NCBI GenBank assembly: GCA_040954595.2
Contig: CM082578.2
Span: 4,508,831-4,572,830 of the forward strand
Source of the DNA: Balanoglossus misakiensis
Lineage: Eukaryota > Animalia > Hemichordata
Direction of reading: 5' to 3'
Length of the DNA stretch: 64,000 nt
Shown here: positions 48,808 through 61,600 of the stretch, one piece after another
Position numbering within the stretch: position 1 is the first letter of the stretch
Layout: each line of letters starts with the position of its first letter
Translations under genes and position numbers: made by a program
Notes under the pieces: generated by a model
Told to the model about the DNA's origin: nothing
The model's input: the letters and a program-made list of their open reading frames with translations, nothing else
Database searches by the model: none

Positions 48808-49072
48808 GTAAGTGCAGTTACATTTTTGTCAGCTCGGATCTAACAGTACATGCATGTGCTTTCATATACGCAACCGCACGTATCAGATGGAAGCTCACCT
48901 GTATAAGTGGCTTTCAACGACAACTTACATGGGGCGTTTTGTCGCCGTTCACCCTCACACAGTTCAGACTGATTAAACACAGAGTAAACGGCAACCTTTG
49001 ATAAAAAAAACGGCCAGGTAGGGGAGACGGAAATATAAACGCAGGCAGCCGAGGAAATATTACACAAAATAA

Positions 49073-50177
49073 GGGACTGTCCAGAATTTACTTCCAGGGG
49101 GGATGGAGGATTTTCGGGGGGGGGGGCACCCATTTTCCCCAAGAAAAATTAGGGGGGGGGGGGTCAGACATAAAAATCACAATCCTTTAGGGGGGCCACG
49201 TAAAATACTCTCACAAACTCAATATTTGCCCAGAAGCACTGATTTATACAATGTATAAGAAACAAACCACCATGGCTACCTGGATGACAGATGAACTCCG
49301 CAAGTGCATTAAATCTTCATAAGCTTGAATTTCCGGTAATTTTTACGGTGGGTTATTTTGTATATCTACTACAGTTTCTTGTTCTACTCTGTGAAGCATA
49401 ATAAAATGCCCAGTATTTGGCCAGCCAGCACAGACCATAAATGTACAGTGAACAGTCAGTGTTGTTACTGTTGACGAGCTCAATTCAAGTCCAGACTAGA
49501 ATTCGTTAATTTTCTCATCAATCATTCATATATGTATATAAAAAGTTAATTTGCTTTTGGGTTCATTAAAATGCAGCTTTGAGCTCTGTATTTTATAAAA
49601 TTTTCTTACAGGGGAGGGGGACACCCCCTCCCAAACCCACCCCCTTCACTTCTCGGTTTACAATATCTGCCAACACAGAATACAAATACTTAACAAATAT
49701 AAACAATGTTCAGTTTTAATATCCACTGATGAGGAAAAACATCAGTTTCAAATTCTTTTCATGGGAGCGCTGTTTTTCTTTTTTTAACAAGATAGATAGG
49801 TGATGTGTTTTGCTGTGTGAAAGAAAATGGGGGGTGGGATTTCAAAATTTTAAGCTGTTCGGAAGGGGGGATTTGAAAATATTTCGGGTTGTTGAGGGGG
49901 GCATGTGAAAATTAACGGTAAAAAAAATTTAATTCTCCCCCCCCCCTTCCAGAGGTGTTTGTAAATGCAGCCTTATCAGACTGTATGTGTCGTAGTCTGT
50001 ACCGGTAAGCATGCATGTATATATTGCGGGGGGGGGGGGGTCATGGAAAAAAAACAGGAAATTTACGGGGGGGCCACAGATTTCCTCCACAATTTACAAG
50101 GGGGGCCATGGAAAAAAATCACCTGGAAAATAAGAAATCCTCCAGCCCCACCCTGGAAGTAAATTCTGGACAGTCCC
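49073..50177. mobile_element. PIF/Harbinger-like non-autonomous element with TAA TSD; nested fragment of a second family ending ~49975
   Basis: TAA|gggactgtccagaatttacttccaggg ... ccctggaagtaaattctggacagtccc|TAA (27-bp perfect TIR); nested end ccagaggtgtttgt.aatgcagcc also occurs at ~26458-26481. Confidence 0.85.
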
Positions 50178-51799
50178 TAAGGTACAATAATTATGACATT
50201 TAAATGTGAGCTTATCAGCATGGCCACAGGAAATAAAAATCTTGAACTGATCGATGCTAAATTGTGGTACCAGGTGTAAGGAATGGGTAAGCGTAGCAAT
50301 ATGCCACACCTGTCGGGTAGAAAAATGGAATTTCCTCTGACGCCTGCAAGAACAATTAACTGATTTTTTAAAAAAAGAGATTCGAACCCACATCTAACGC
50401 ACCAATTCACGAAGGAAGATCCGCATACAAAAAGTCTTCGCCGATTTTTGTTATTGTTTGGTCATGTAGATCCCATCTGTAACAAGTCTGCACAAAACAT
50501 AAGTGCTCTCATTCTTGCCCCGTTCAATAGAACACCCGTCAAGTTCAAGTCTGTTCTAACAGAATTAAAATAATTAAAATCAATATACTTTGCCAACTCC
50601 AAAGAGCACGTATAGTTCAATCGGTACCATCTGTTGTGACGAAAATTGAAGTTTCGATCGTGGCGTTTTGATTTTAATTACAGTGACAGGGCAGTGACCC
50701 AGAGATGATCGTTCATTGGTTAAATTACGCAACTTTTGTTATGCAAAATAGGGTCATGTTGGGTCAGTTAACAGTGGTTTAGTTCATGTCACGAGATCGC
50801 ATCAGCGATATCCGACAATAGCGATAGCAAAAAAGATAGTCGTAGTGAAATATACTGACAACTAAATGTTTTTTTACTCAGACGGTATTTGGGAAGGACA
50901 ATACATGTTCAATAATCCCCTGTTTCGTCAACTACAACGCTCATACTGGTCTAGAACCTAGCGTTCGTTCTTTACACAGAAAGTAGTCCCACTTGTTCCT
51001 TATTTGCATACAATATCGTGCAAATACATGCACTTGTTCAGTAAATGCCCGGGTCAGTAGTTTGCGTCGAGACGTACCAAAATTGGCTAGGGAAAACTGA
51101 TGATACGTGTGATGCATGATTATATGTTCTATTAGTAGGAACCATAACAATGCAGGAGATTTACAACGACTCGAGCATGCAATTTTAGCGCGCTTTCAAC
51201 AGGGACTATTTTATCTCATTTGAATAGCTTCTGCGGAAACAGACACTTTTATTTTGCGGACAACAACAGCAAAATAATCAGCTGTACATTTGCAATAAGA
51301 TATGTATCATAATTCTTTAACAGTTTACCTATAGTGGAAATAAACACGCACGTATATATTTAGCCACACTATTGGTTCCGCATATTTATGGGTCGGATTA
51401 ATTTGATCATGGGTAACAAATCTATGTATGGCCTATGTTTTCATTGATGCACGTATGTGGTGCATGCGAACTATTTTGCGTGCAAGATGCTAGCTTTTTA
51501 TAGTGATCTTACTATTTCATGACATTTATTTGTCTGTCACATTGTTAACTAGAACTACTCATACGCATAGGAGAGTGCGATTTAATGACTTTCAGTATGC
51601 ATTTAGGTAAAGAAAAGAACCTCGAAATCAACGATCTTCTGATCATGTTAATACTGATGATCCTATGTCTCGTAAACATTTAAACTGTAGAATAAAAATG
51701 AAAAATACATTATAAAGGCATAAGCATAATTTTAATTTATTGCTCGTTTTATTTTTCAGCTCTGGTTGATACACAATTGTCAAAAGTTGATCAGTTGCC

Positions 51800-54700
51800 A
51801 TGGCTACTGCAAAGGAAGTGACCGCTGATGACATTTTGGACCAAATAGGTGAGGAGTTTCTGACATGTACAATTTGTTTTGAACAATTTATCAATCCAAA
51901 GATCCTTCCCTGTCACCACACATACTGTGAACAGTGTCTACACCAACTGGTGAAGAAAAGTGGTGGAAAACTGACTTGTCCTTCATGCAGAAAAGAGTGT
52001 CATCTTGAAGGATGTGGTCTTCAAAATCTTGAGACGAATTTCTACTTGAACTCACTGCTGGATACAGTTCAGAAACGACCAGAACGCGAATCTGCTGACC
52101 ACCATAAAAAGTGTGAAGTTTGTGATGACAATGAGGCTTCACACATTTGCATTGACTGCCATCTACAGTACTTCTGTACCAGTTGCAGTAAACTACACAC
52201 GAAATTAAAGGTGACTGTGAAGCACAACATTCTACTAATCGATCAGTATAATAGACAACGATCTTCTGATCCATCAAGTATATTACCAATCGCTTACTGT
52301 AGTGAGCATACGACAACAGAATCCATGTTTTACTGCGTTACCTGCCAAGTACCGATTTGTTCCAACTGTACAGTAATTGAACATCCAAGTAAGAACCACG
52401 ATTATAAGTACCTGATACACGTCGCTACTGAATACAAAGATAAACTGTTGGGAGATATTCAGAAGTTAGAGGTGAAAGCCACAGAAGCTGATGAGAGTAA
52501 ATCTGCAGCCGTGAATATTCTTGATGAATATCGCAGACAACCTGACATTGAAAAAGAAAGGGTGATGAAGAAGGCCGCTGATATGAGAAAAAGAAACAAA
52601 GCAGAAGAGGAGATGCTAATTGCTCAAGTAGAAACGGAATACGAAACAAGAATTCAACTCCAACAGAATCACATCGATGATCTTCAGCTCAGATACAGTA
52701 GAACGGTCAGTATGATCAATTACTTGGAAATGCTGATTCGTCATAAGAATGCAACGCAGATTTTACTGATACAAGAAGGTGTCGATCACTGCATTCAGGA
52801 ATTGAAAGGATTGGAAAACATAGTCGCCGTTGATCATGGAGAAGTTGAATTTGTCCCATCCAATGATACAGAGAAGCTTGTTGGGTCAATCATTAGAATG
52901 GGTGGAACAAGTCACGATAAAACACAATCCAACGTTGAACAGACGTCTAGAAATGACACTAACATACTTGAAAGTCATGTCCCGCAAACAAATGTTTACA
53001 CGGAAACTAATTTACCCGACAGCGTTCAACGACAAATTCGCAATGGCTTCCTGACCTGCACAATTTGTTTTGAACGATTCACAAATGCCAAAATTCTGCC
53101 ATGTCATCACACGTTCTGTGAATGCTGCTTGAAGACTCTCATGAACGGAAGTGAGGACACACTTGACTGCCCTTCCTGTGGGACAAAATGTCAGCTTTCA
53201 GAATCAGGCATAGCAGGCCTTCCGAACAACACCTACATACGATCGTTGCTAGGTGCCCAGCCAGATGAACCACATACTTGCAAATCACCTGTAACCCAAT
53301 GTGAAGTATGTGAGAAAGAGGATGCCACACATATTTGCATCGACTGTCAGTTACAGAATTATTGTGACAATTGTGCCAAATTACACAAAAAATCCAAACC
53401 ACCGAAGCCACATAACATTCTCTTGGTTGACGAATACAAGCACGCGAGAGTTCGTGATCCATCTGCCATACAACCAATGTCATACTGTACAACCCACACA
53501 GCATTTCCGGTCAATTTGTACTGCAATACATGCAAGGTACCGATCTGTTCTGCTTGTACTGAAACTGATCATCAAAGGGATCATCATGACGTTGATCTAC
53601 TGACTCCAGTGTCAGATAAATACATTCAGGAATTGTCGGAATCAATTCAAACGTTGAAAGAGAAAGCCTGTACATTTAACAAAGAAACAAGTGAAGCAGT
53701 ACCTGCTAAAAATACTTTAAGGATAAAGAAGTTAACAACACGGCACATGATAGTTCAGAAATCTGCGACCGTACATGATAAAGTCGAGAGAGAGGAGAAG
53801 GCGTTGTTAGCGGAATTACAGAATGAGTATGACGCGAAGATCAAACAGCAAGAAAGTGACATAGATGATCTGCAGATAAAATATGGTAAACTTGTGAGCA
53901 TGATAGGCTACATTGAAATGGTGAAACACCACAAGAACGCAGCTGAACTGATGGCAATCAAAGACAATGTGGAACAACGTATCAAAGACCTGATGCAGAT
54001 TGTAACCAAACCAGACATTAAATGGGAAATGGTGGTGTTTCAAACTTGTGATGACGTCAGAGAAGGAGACCTTGTAGGAGATGTGAGATGTGATGCGTGT
54101 GTCTCAAAGTGTACAGTTGACAACATTCTACAGAGACTCATCAACGGCATGAGCGTCGATCTTTTGATTACAACCAGAGACAGCAGAGGCAAAGCAGTAA
54201 ATCCAAGACAAGAGGTGAAAGTGGTCGTGTTGAAGCCAGATGGTTCTGATGAAGATGTTCCGGTGGCTGTAAAGAGAAACGGCACCCATGCAGGGACAAT
54301 ACATTGTGATTTGGTAGGAAAGTATCAGATGACTGTGTCTGTGGGTGGTCAAGTCATACCTGGGTCTCCTTTAGAAATTCGAGTACTCATACCTTTGGTG
54401 AAGACTATTGGAATGGGGGGAGAAGAAGAAGGGCACTTCAAATATCCACTTGGTTTGGCAGTTACTAAAGATGGTAACTTGGTAGTGGCTGATGGATGGA
54501 ACAACAGTATGAAGATAATAGATTTTGATGGAAATATCAAGAAGATACTAAAATTCACTAAATTTGAGAAAAAATTTCAACCTGGTGACGTGGCAATATC
54601 TGAGGACGGTCTACTCTTCATGACTGATTGGGGTAATCAGCAAATTGTAGTGAGTGATGATAACGGACGCGTCGTGAGATGTTTCGGACAAAAAGAGATG

Positions 54701-55240
54701 AAACATCCGTTATGCATTGGCATAAATCCACTGAATGATGCAGTCTTCGTCTCGGATTGGGATGGAGAGGGGGATGACACTGACAAGGATGGACACTGCA
54801 TCAGGAAATACACCCAAGACGGCAAGTACATCAAATCGATCGGAAGTTACGGTACTAACAAGGGTCAGTTTAAAGCACCATATTTCATGGACTTTGACAA
54901 CGACGGAAATATGTATGTATCCGACTTTAATAATCACCGTGTCCAGGTGTTCGATGCAAATGATGAATTTGTACGTACATTCGGAAGTAATCGTGAAAAC
55001 AATGGACAGTTCAAACATCCATCTGGGATTGTTGTAAGCAAAGATAAATTTGTCTATGTAAATGATTGCATTGCTAACAGTGTACATAAGTTTGACATCA
55101 ATGGCCAATTCATATATCGCATCGACAGTGGCAAGGATGAACTCAAACGTCCGAGAGGCATTGCACTGATAATGGACGAGAAACCAAAAGTAGTCGTGGC
55201 TGACAGCAATAATCATTGCATAAAAATCTTTCAAGATTAA
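51800..55240 (+). CDS. TRIM-NHL E3 ubiquitin ligase (TRIM2/3/71-like) with tandem-duplicated RING-B-box1-B-box2-coiled-coil, filamin repeat and NHL propeller
   Basis: Uninterrupted 1146-aa ORF with a strong Kozak context; two C3HC4 RINGs (LTCTICFE..LPCHHT.C..C..CPSC), four B-boxes, filamin (ITTRDSRGK..G.Y...V.VGGQVIPGSP), NHL repeats (FKYPLGLAV, GQFKAP, YVSDFNNHRVQVF, VADSNNHCIKIF). Confidence 0.95.
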   Translation: MATAKEVTADDILDQIGEEFLTCTICFEQFINPKILPCHHTYCEQCLHQLVKKSGGKLTCPSCRKECHLEGCGLQNLETNFYLNSLLDTVQKRPERESADHHKKCEVCDDNEASHICIDCHLQYFCTSCSKLHTKLKVTVKHNILLIDQYNRQRSSDPSSILPIAYCSEHTTTESMFYCVTCQVPICSNCTVIEHPSKNHDYKYLIHVATEYKDKLLGDIQKLEVKATEADESKSAAVNILDEYRRQPDIEKERVMKKAADMRKRNKAEEEMLIAQVETEYETRIQLQQNHIDDLQLRYSRTVSMINYLEMLIRHKNATQILLIQEGVDHCIQELKGLENIVAVDHGEVEFVPSNDTEKLVGSIIRMGGTSHDKTQSNVEQTSRNDTNILESHVPQTNVYTETNLPDSVQRQIRNGFLTCTICFERFTNAKILPCHHTFCECCLKTLMNGSEDTLDCPSCGTKCQLSESGIAGLPNNTYIRSLLGAQPDEPHTCKSPVTQCEVCEKEDATHICIDCQLQNYCDNCAKLHKKSKPPKPHNILLVDEYKHARVRDPSAIQPMSYCTTHTAFPVNLYCNTCKVPICSACTETDHQRDHHDVDLLTPVSDKYIQELSESIQTLKEKACTFNKETSEAVPAKNTLRIKKLTTRHMIVQKSATVHDKVEREEKALLAELQNEYDAKIKQQESDIDDLQIKYGKLVSMIGYIEMVKHHKNAAELMAIKDNVEQRIKDLMQIVTKPDIKWEMVVFQTCDDVREGDLVGDVRCDACVSKCTVDNILQRLINGMSVDLLITTRDSRGKAVNPRQEVKVVVLKPDGSDEDVPVAVKRNGTHAGTIHCDLVGKYQMTVSVGGQVIPGSPLEIRVLIPLVKTIGMGGEEEGHFKYPLGLAVTKDGNLVVADGWNNSMKIIDFDGNIKKILKFTKFEKKFQPGDVAISEDGLLFMTDWGNQQIVVSDDNGRVVRCFGQKEMKHPLCIGINPLNDAVFVSDWDGEGDDTDKDGHCIRKYTQDGKYIKSIGSYGTNKGQFKAPYFMDFDNDGNMYVSDFNNHRVQVFDANDEFVRTFGSNRENNGQFKHPSGIVVSKDKFVYVNDCIANSVHKFDINGQFIYRIDSGKDELKRPRGIALIMDEKPKVVVADSNNHCIKIFQD

Positions 55241-55248
55241 TAGTCATT

Positions 55249-55658
55249 ACGGGCCCAAGCCAAGCCAGGCTTGGGCCCGTATTGGTTTCGTTGGGGTTTT
55301 TCTTTCTTTACGGGCCCAAGCCAAGCCAGGCTTGGGCCCGTATTGGTTTCGTTGGGGTTTTTTAGGGCCCAAGCGCATACCAGCGCTTGGGCCCTATTGG
55401 TTTCGTTGGGGTTTTTACGGGCCCAAGCCAAGCCAGGCTTGGGCCCGTATTGGTTTCGTTGGAATTTTTAGGGCCCAAGCGCATACCAGCGCTTGGGCCC
55501 TATTGGTTTCGTTGGGGTTTTTCTGTCTTTCCTTCTTTCTTCTTTCTTCTTTAGGGCCCAAGCGCAAGCCAGCGCTTGGGCCCTATTGGTTTCGTTGGGG
55601 TTTTTAGGGCCCAAGCGCATACCAGCGCTTGGGCCCTATTGGTTTCGTTGGGGTTTTT
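55249..55658. repeat. Seven tandem 32-bp hairpin modules (Helentron/HINE-like 5' head)
   Basis: (a/c)gggcccaagc-N-gcttgggccc hairpins at about 55249, 55310, 55364, 55417, 55470, 55553 and 55606, each followed by attggtttcgttgg. Confidence 0.9.
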
Positions 55659-58600
55659 CTGTCTTTCTTCTTTCTTTATTCTTCTGTCATTTCTTTGTCG
55701 CTCTAGATCTCAGACACCGCTGCAGGTACACTTCTCAAACTTGCTACAGTGGTCAAGGGCAATGGGTAGTCGTGCATTGAACTCTTGAATTTTAAATTAG
55801 TCACGTGACATGGCGGCCATATTGGATTTTCTGAAAAAATGCAAATCTCAGATCTCAGAAACTACATGTCAGATTTACTTCAGATTTGGTGTGCGGGTAG
55901 TGTACCTTCTGCCCATCATTTTTGTAATTGGATATTTTGCTGTCAATGTTGCAGTTTTTTTGCTACAGTTGTTTTTCTGAAATCTGGTCAAAATTTCAAA
56001 AATCTTCTTCTCCAGAACCGACGATAACCGAGTCACGCGGTTTGGGATATGTGGTCACCAAACTGAGGTCTATCAAGTTTGCGAAGATCATTGTGATTGG
56101 TCGAAGATTATGGCGGCCATATTGGATCTTCGAAAAACCCTAGTAAAATTTCAAAAATCTTCTTCTCAAGAACCGGCGATAACTGAGTCACAAGATTTGG
56201 TGTGTGTGGTCAGTAAACAGATGTCTATCAAGTTTGCGAAGAGGAATGTGATTGGTCGAAGATTATGGCGGCCATATTGGATTTTGTGAAAAACGATTAA
56301 AAAGTAAAAATTCCCTTTCTTGCCTAAAAATTAATAGCACAGAAATTCTTTTTATGGATATGAATCATCATATGCCAAGAATAAGCTATAAATATTTTGG
56401 TAATTTTGGCAATGACCTTTGACCTACTTTTGACGCATCATTTTTCTGCATATCTAGTTCCAGGCTAACCAATGGGGCTATAAGTTTGGTTTTTGATGTA
56501 TGTGGATTTGTATGTGATCAAAAAATGTTGCTACTTTTCATGACCCCTTTGACCTCTGCTGACCTCATTAAATATGCACATACCTAATTAACGATGAACC
56601 AATAGACCTAGAGGTTTTGTTTTTGTTATACATGGACCAGTATGGGGTCAAAATATTTTGCCCAAATGTTGGGTGACCTCGGGTGACCTTTGACCTACTT
56701 TTGCATATCTCGACATCCATAGCAGATACAGCCTTGGCGTTTGGAGGTATGGGGCCATAATGAAAAGCCAAAGTTTTGGGTCACCTGTGACACCTGCTTA
56801 ACTCATTATTTATGTGCATACCTAATTCCGGGCTAACCAAAAGGGCTAGAGGTCTGGTTTTTGTTGGACATGGACCACTATGGGTCAAAATTTTCTGCCC
56901 AAATTGTGGGTGACCTCTGGGTGACCTTGACCTACTTAAAACTATATCAACACCAAATATAGATATAACCTTGATATTTCATGGGATAAAACACAGCATT
57001 ATGTTTCTACTCATTAATTATGTGCATATCTAATAATCAGATCAGATAATAGAGCTTGGGCCCGGACAATGCTGCTTGCAGCTTTAATTCTTTCTTTATT
57101 CTTGTGTCAATTCTTTGACCCACGAGATCTCAGACACCGCTGCAGGTACACTTCTGAAACTTGCTACAGTGGTCAAGGTCAATGAGTAGTCGTGCATTGA
57201 ACCCTTGAATTTTTAATTAGTCACATGACCTGGCGGCCATCTTGGATTTTCTGAAAAAATGCAAATCTCAGATCTCAGAAACTACAAGTCAGATCGACTT
57301 CAAATTTGGCATGCTGGTAGACTACCTTCTTGCAATCATTTTTGTAATTGGAAATTATACTGACAAAGTTGCAATTTTTTGCTACAATTTTTTTTCTGAA
57401 ATCTGGCTTAAATTTCAAAAATCTTCTTCTCCAGAACCAGTGATAACCGAGTCACGCGGTTTGGGGTATGTGGTCACCTAACTGATGTCTATCAAGTTTG
57501 CGAAGATCATTGTGATTGGTTGAAGATTATGGCAGCCATATTGGATTTTCGAAAAACCATAGTAAAATTTCAAAAATCTTCTTCTCAAGAACCGGCGATA
57601 ACTGAGTCACAAGATTTGGTGTGTGTGGTCATTAAACAGATGTCTATCAAGTTTGCGAAGAGGAATGTGATTGGTCGAAGATTATGGCGGCCATATTGGA
57701 TTTTGTGAAAAACGATTAAAAAGTAAAAATTCCCTTTCTAGCCTTAAAATTGATAGCACAGAAATTCTTTTTACGGATATGAATCATCATATGCCAAGAA
57801 TAAGCTATAAATATTTTGGTAATTTTGGCAATGACCTTTGACCTACTTTTGACGCATGATTTTTCTGCATATCTAATTCCAGGCTAACCAATAGGGCTAT
57901 AAGTTTGGTTTTTGATGTATGTGGATTTGTATGTGATCAAAAAATGTTGCTACTTTTCATGACCCCTTTGACCTCTGGTGACCTCATTAAATATGCACAT
58001 ACCTAATTACAGATGAACCAATAGACCTAGAAGTTTTGTTTTTGTTATACATGGACCAGTATGGGGTCAAAATATTTTGCCCAAATTTTGGGTGACCTCG
58101 GGTGACCTTTGACCTACTTTTGCATATCTTGACATCCACAGCAGATACAGCCTTGGCGTTTGGAGGTATGGGGCAATAATGAAAAGCCAAAGTTTTGGGT
58201 CACCTGTGATACCTGCTTAACTCATTAATTATGTGCATACCTAATTCTAGGCTAACCAAAAGGGCTAGAGGTCTGTTTTTTGATGGACATGGACCACTAT
58301 GGGTCAAAATTTTCTGCCCAAATTTTGGATGACCTCAGATGACCTTTGACGTACTTTTGCATATCTCGGCATCCAAAGCAGGTACAGCCTTGGCATTTGG
58401 AGGTATGGGGCCATAATGAAAAGCCAAAGTTTTGGGTCACCTGTGACACCTGCTTTACTCATTATTTATGTGCATACCTAATTCTAGGCTAACCAAAAGG
58501 GCTAGAGGTCTGTTTTTTGTTGGATATGGACCACTATGGGTCAAAATTTTCTGCCCAAATTTTGGATGACCTCGGGTGACCTTTGACCTACTTTTGCATA

Positions 58601-61600
58601 TCTTGACATCCACAGCAGATACAGCCTTGGCGTTTGGAGGTATGGGGCCATAATGTAAAGCCAAAGTTTTGGGTCACCTGTGACACCTGCTTAACTCATT
58701 AATTATGTGCATACCTAATTCTAGGCTAACCAAAAGGGCTAGAGGTCTGTTTTTTGATGGACATGGACAACTATGGGTCAAAATTTTCTGCCCAAATTTT
58801 GGATGACCTCAGATGACCTTTGACGTACTTTTGCATATCTCGGCATCCAAAGCAGGTACAGCCTTGTCATTTGGAGGTATGGGGCCATAATGAAAAGCCA
58901 AAGTTTTGGGTCACCTGTGACACCTGCTTTACGCATTATGTATGTGCATACCTAATTCCAGGCTAACCAAAAGGGCTAGAGGTCTGGTTTTTGTTGGACA
59001 TGGACCACTATGGGTCAAAATTTTCTGCCCAAATGTTGGGTGACCTCTGGGTGACCTTTGACCTACTTAACACTTTAACAGCACCAAACATACATATAAC
59101 CTTGATATTTCATGGGATAAAACAGCATTATGTTTCTACTCATTAATTATGTGCATATCTAATATCAGATCAGATAATAGAGCTTGGGCCCGGACAATGC
59201 TGCTTGCAGCTTTAATTCTGTCTTTCTTTCTTTCTTTCTTTCTTTTTTCTTGTGTCAATTCTTTGTCGCTCTAGATCTCAGACACCGCTGCAGGTACACT
59301 TCTGAAACTTGCTACAGTGGTCAAGGTCAATGAGTAGATGTGCATTGAACCCTTGAATTTTTAATTGGTCACGTGACCTGGCGGCCATATTGGATTTTCT
59401 GAAAAAATGCAAATCTTAGATCTCAGAAACTACAAGTCAGATCGACTTCAAATTTGGTGTGCAGGTAGTCTACCTTCTACCCATCATTTTTGTAATTGGA
59501 TATTTTGCTGTCAATGTTGCAGTTTTTTTGCTACAATTTTTTTTCTGAAATCCAGCTTAAATTTCAAAAATCTTCTTCTCTAGAACTGGTGATAACCGAG
59601 ACACGGGGTTTGGGGTATGTAGTCACCTATCTGATGTCTATCAAGTTTGCGAAGATCTTTGTGATTGGTCGAAGATTTTGGCGGCCATATTGGATTTTCG
59701 TAAAACCTTAGTAAAATTTCAAAAATCTTCTTCTCAAGAACCGGCGATAACCGAGTCACAAGATTTGGTGTGTGTGGTCATTAAACAGATGTCTATCAAG
59801 TTTGCGAAGAGGAATGTGATTGGTCGAAGATTATGGCGGCCATATTGGATTTTGTGAAAAACGATTAAAAAGTAAAAATTCCCTTTCTAGCCTAAAAATT
59901 GATAGCACAGAAATTCTTTTTATGGATATGAATCATCATATGACAAGAATATGCTATAAATATTTTGGTAATTTTGGCAATGACCTTTGACCTACTTTTG
60001 ACACATCATTTTTCTGCATATCTAATTCCAGGCTAACCAATAGGGCTATAAGTTTGGTTTTTGATGTATGTGGATTAGTGTGTGATCAAAATATTTTGCT
60101 ACTTTTTGTGACCCCTTTGACCCCTGCTGACCTCATTAAATATGCACATACCTAATTAATGATGAACCAGTAGACCTAGAGGTTTTGTTTTTGTTATACA
60201 TGGACCAGTATGGGGTCAAAATATTTTGCCTAAATGTTGGGTGACCTCGGGTGACCTTTGATCTACTTAACACTATATCAGCATCAGATCAGATAATAGA
60301 GCTTGGGCCCGGACAATGCTGCTTGCAGCTTTAATCTTTCTTTCTTTCTTTATTCTTGTGTCATTTCTTTGTCGCTCTAGATCTCAGACACAGCTGCAGG
60401 TACACTTCTCAAACTTGCTACAGTGGTCAAGGTCAATGGGTAGTCGTGCATTGAACTCTTGAATTTTTAATTAGTCAGGTGACATGGCGGCCATATTGGA
60501 TTTTCTGAAAAAATGCAGATCTCAGATCTCAGAAACTACAAGTCAGATTTACTTCAGATTTGGTGTGCTGGTAGTGTACCTTCTGCCCATCATTTTTGTA
60601 ATTGGATATTTTGCTGTCAATGTTGCAGTTTTTTTGCTACAGTTGTTTTTCTGAAATCTGGTCAAAATTTCAAAAATCTTCTTCTCCAGAACCAGCGATA
60701 ACCGAGTCACGCGGTTTGGGGTATGTGGTCACCTAACTGATGTCTATCAAGTTTGCGAAGATCATTGTGATTGGTCGAAGATTATGGCAGCCATATTGGA
60801 TTTTAAAAAAAACCTAGTAAAATTTCAAAAATCTTCTTCTCAAGAACCGGCGATAACTGAGTCACAAGATTTGGTGTGTGTGGTCATTAAACAGATGTCT
60901 ATCAAGTTTGCAAAGAGCATTGTGATTGGTCGAAGATTATGGCGGCCATATTGGATTTCGTGAAAAACGATTAAAAAGTAAAAATTCCCTTTCTAGCCTA
61001 AAAATTGATAGCACAGAAATTCTTTTTATGGATATGAATCATCATATGACAAGAATAAGCTATAAATATTTTGGTAATTTTGGCAATGACCTTTGACCTA
61101 CTTTTGACGCATCATTTTTCTGCATATCTAATTCCAGGCTAACCAATAGGGCTATAAGTTTGGTTTTTGATGTATGTGGATTTGTATGTGATCAAAAAAT
61201 TTTGCTACTTTTCATGACCCCTTTGACCTCTGCTGACCTCATTAAATATGCACATACCTAATTACAGATGAACCAATAGACCTAGAGGTTTTGTTTTTGT
61301 TATACATGGACCAGTATGGGGTCAAAATATTTTGCCCCAATGTTGGGTGACCTCGGGTGACCTTTGACCTAATTTTGCATATCTTGACATCCATAGCAGA
61401 TACAGCATTGGCGTTTGGAGGTATGGGGCCATAATGAAAAGCCAAAGTTTTGGGTCACCTGTGACACCTGCTTAACTCATTATTTATGTGCATACCTAAT
61501 TTCGGGCTAACCAAAAGGGCTAGAGATAATAGAGCTTGGGCCCGGACAATGCTGCTTGCAGCTTTAATTCTGTCTTTCTTTCTTTCTTTCTTTCTTTTTT

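Noticed and set aside
50377-50410. tRNA-like B-box (ggttcgaatc on the - strand)
   Set aside because: No cloverleaf or matching A-box could be built.
55249-55658. CRISPR-like array of palindromic repeats
   Set aside because: The intervening sequences are themselves repeated rather than unique spacers, no cas genes are present, and the context is eukaryotic.
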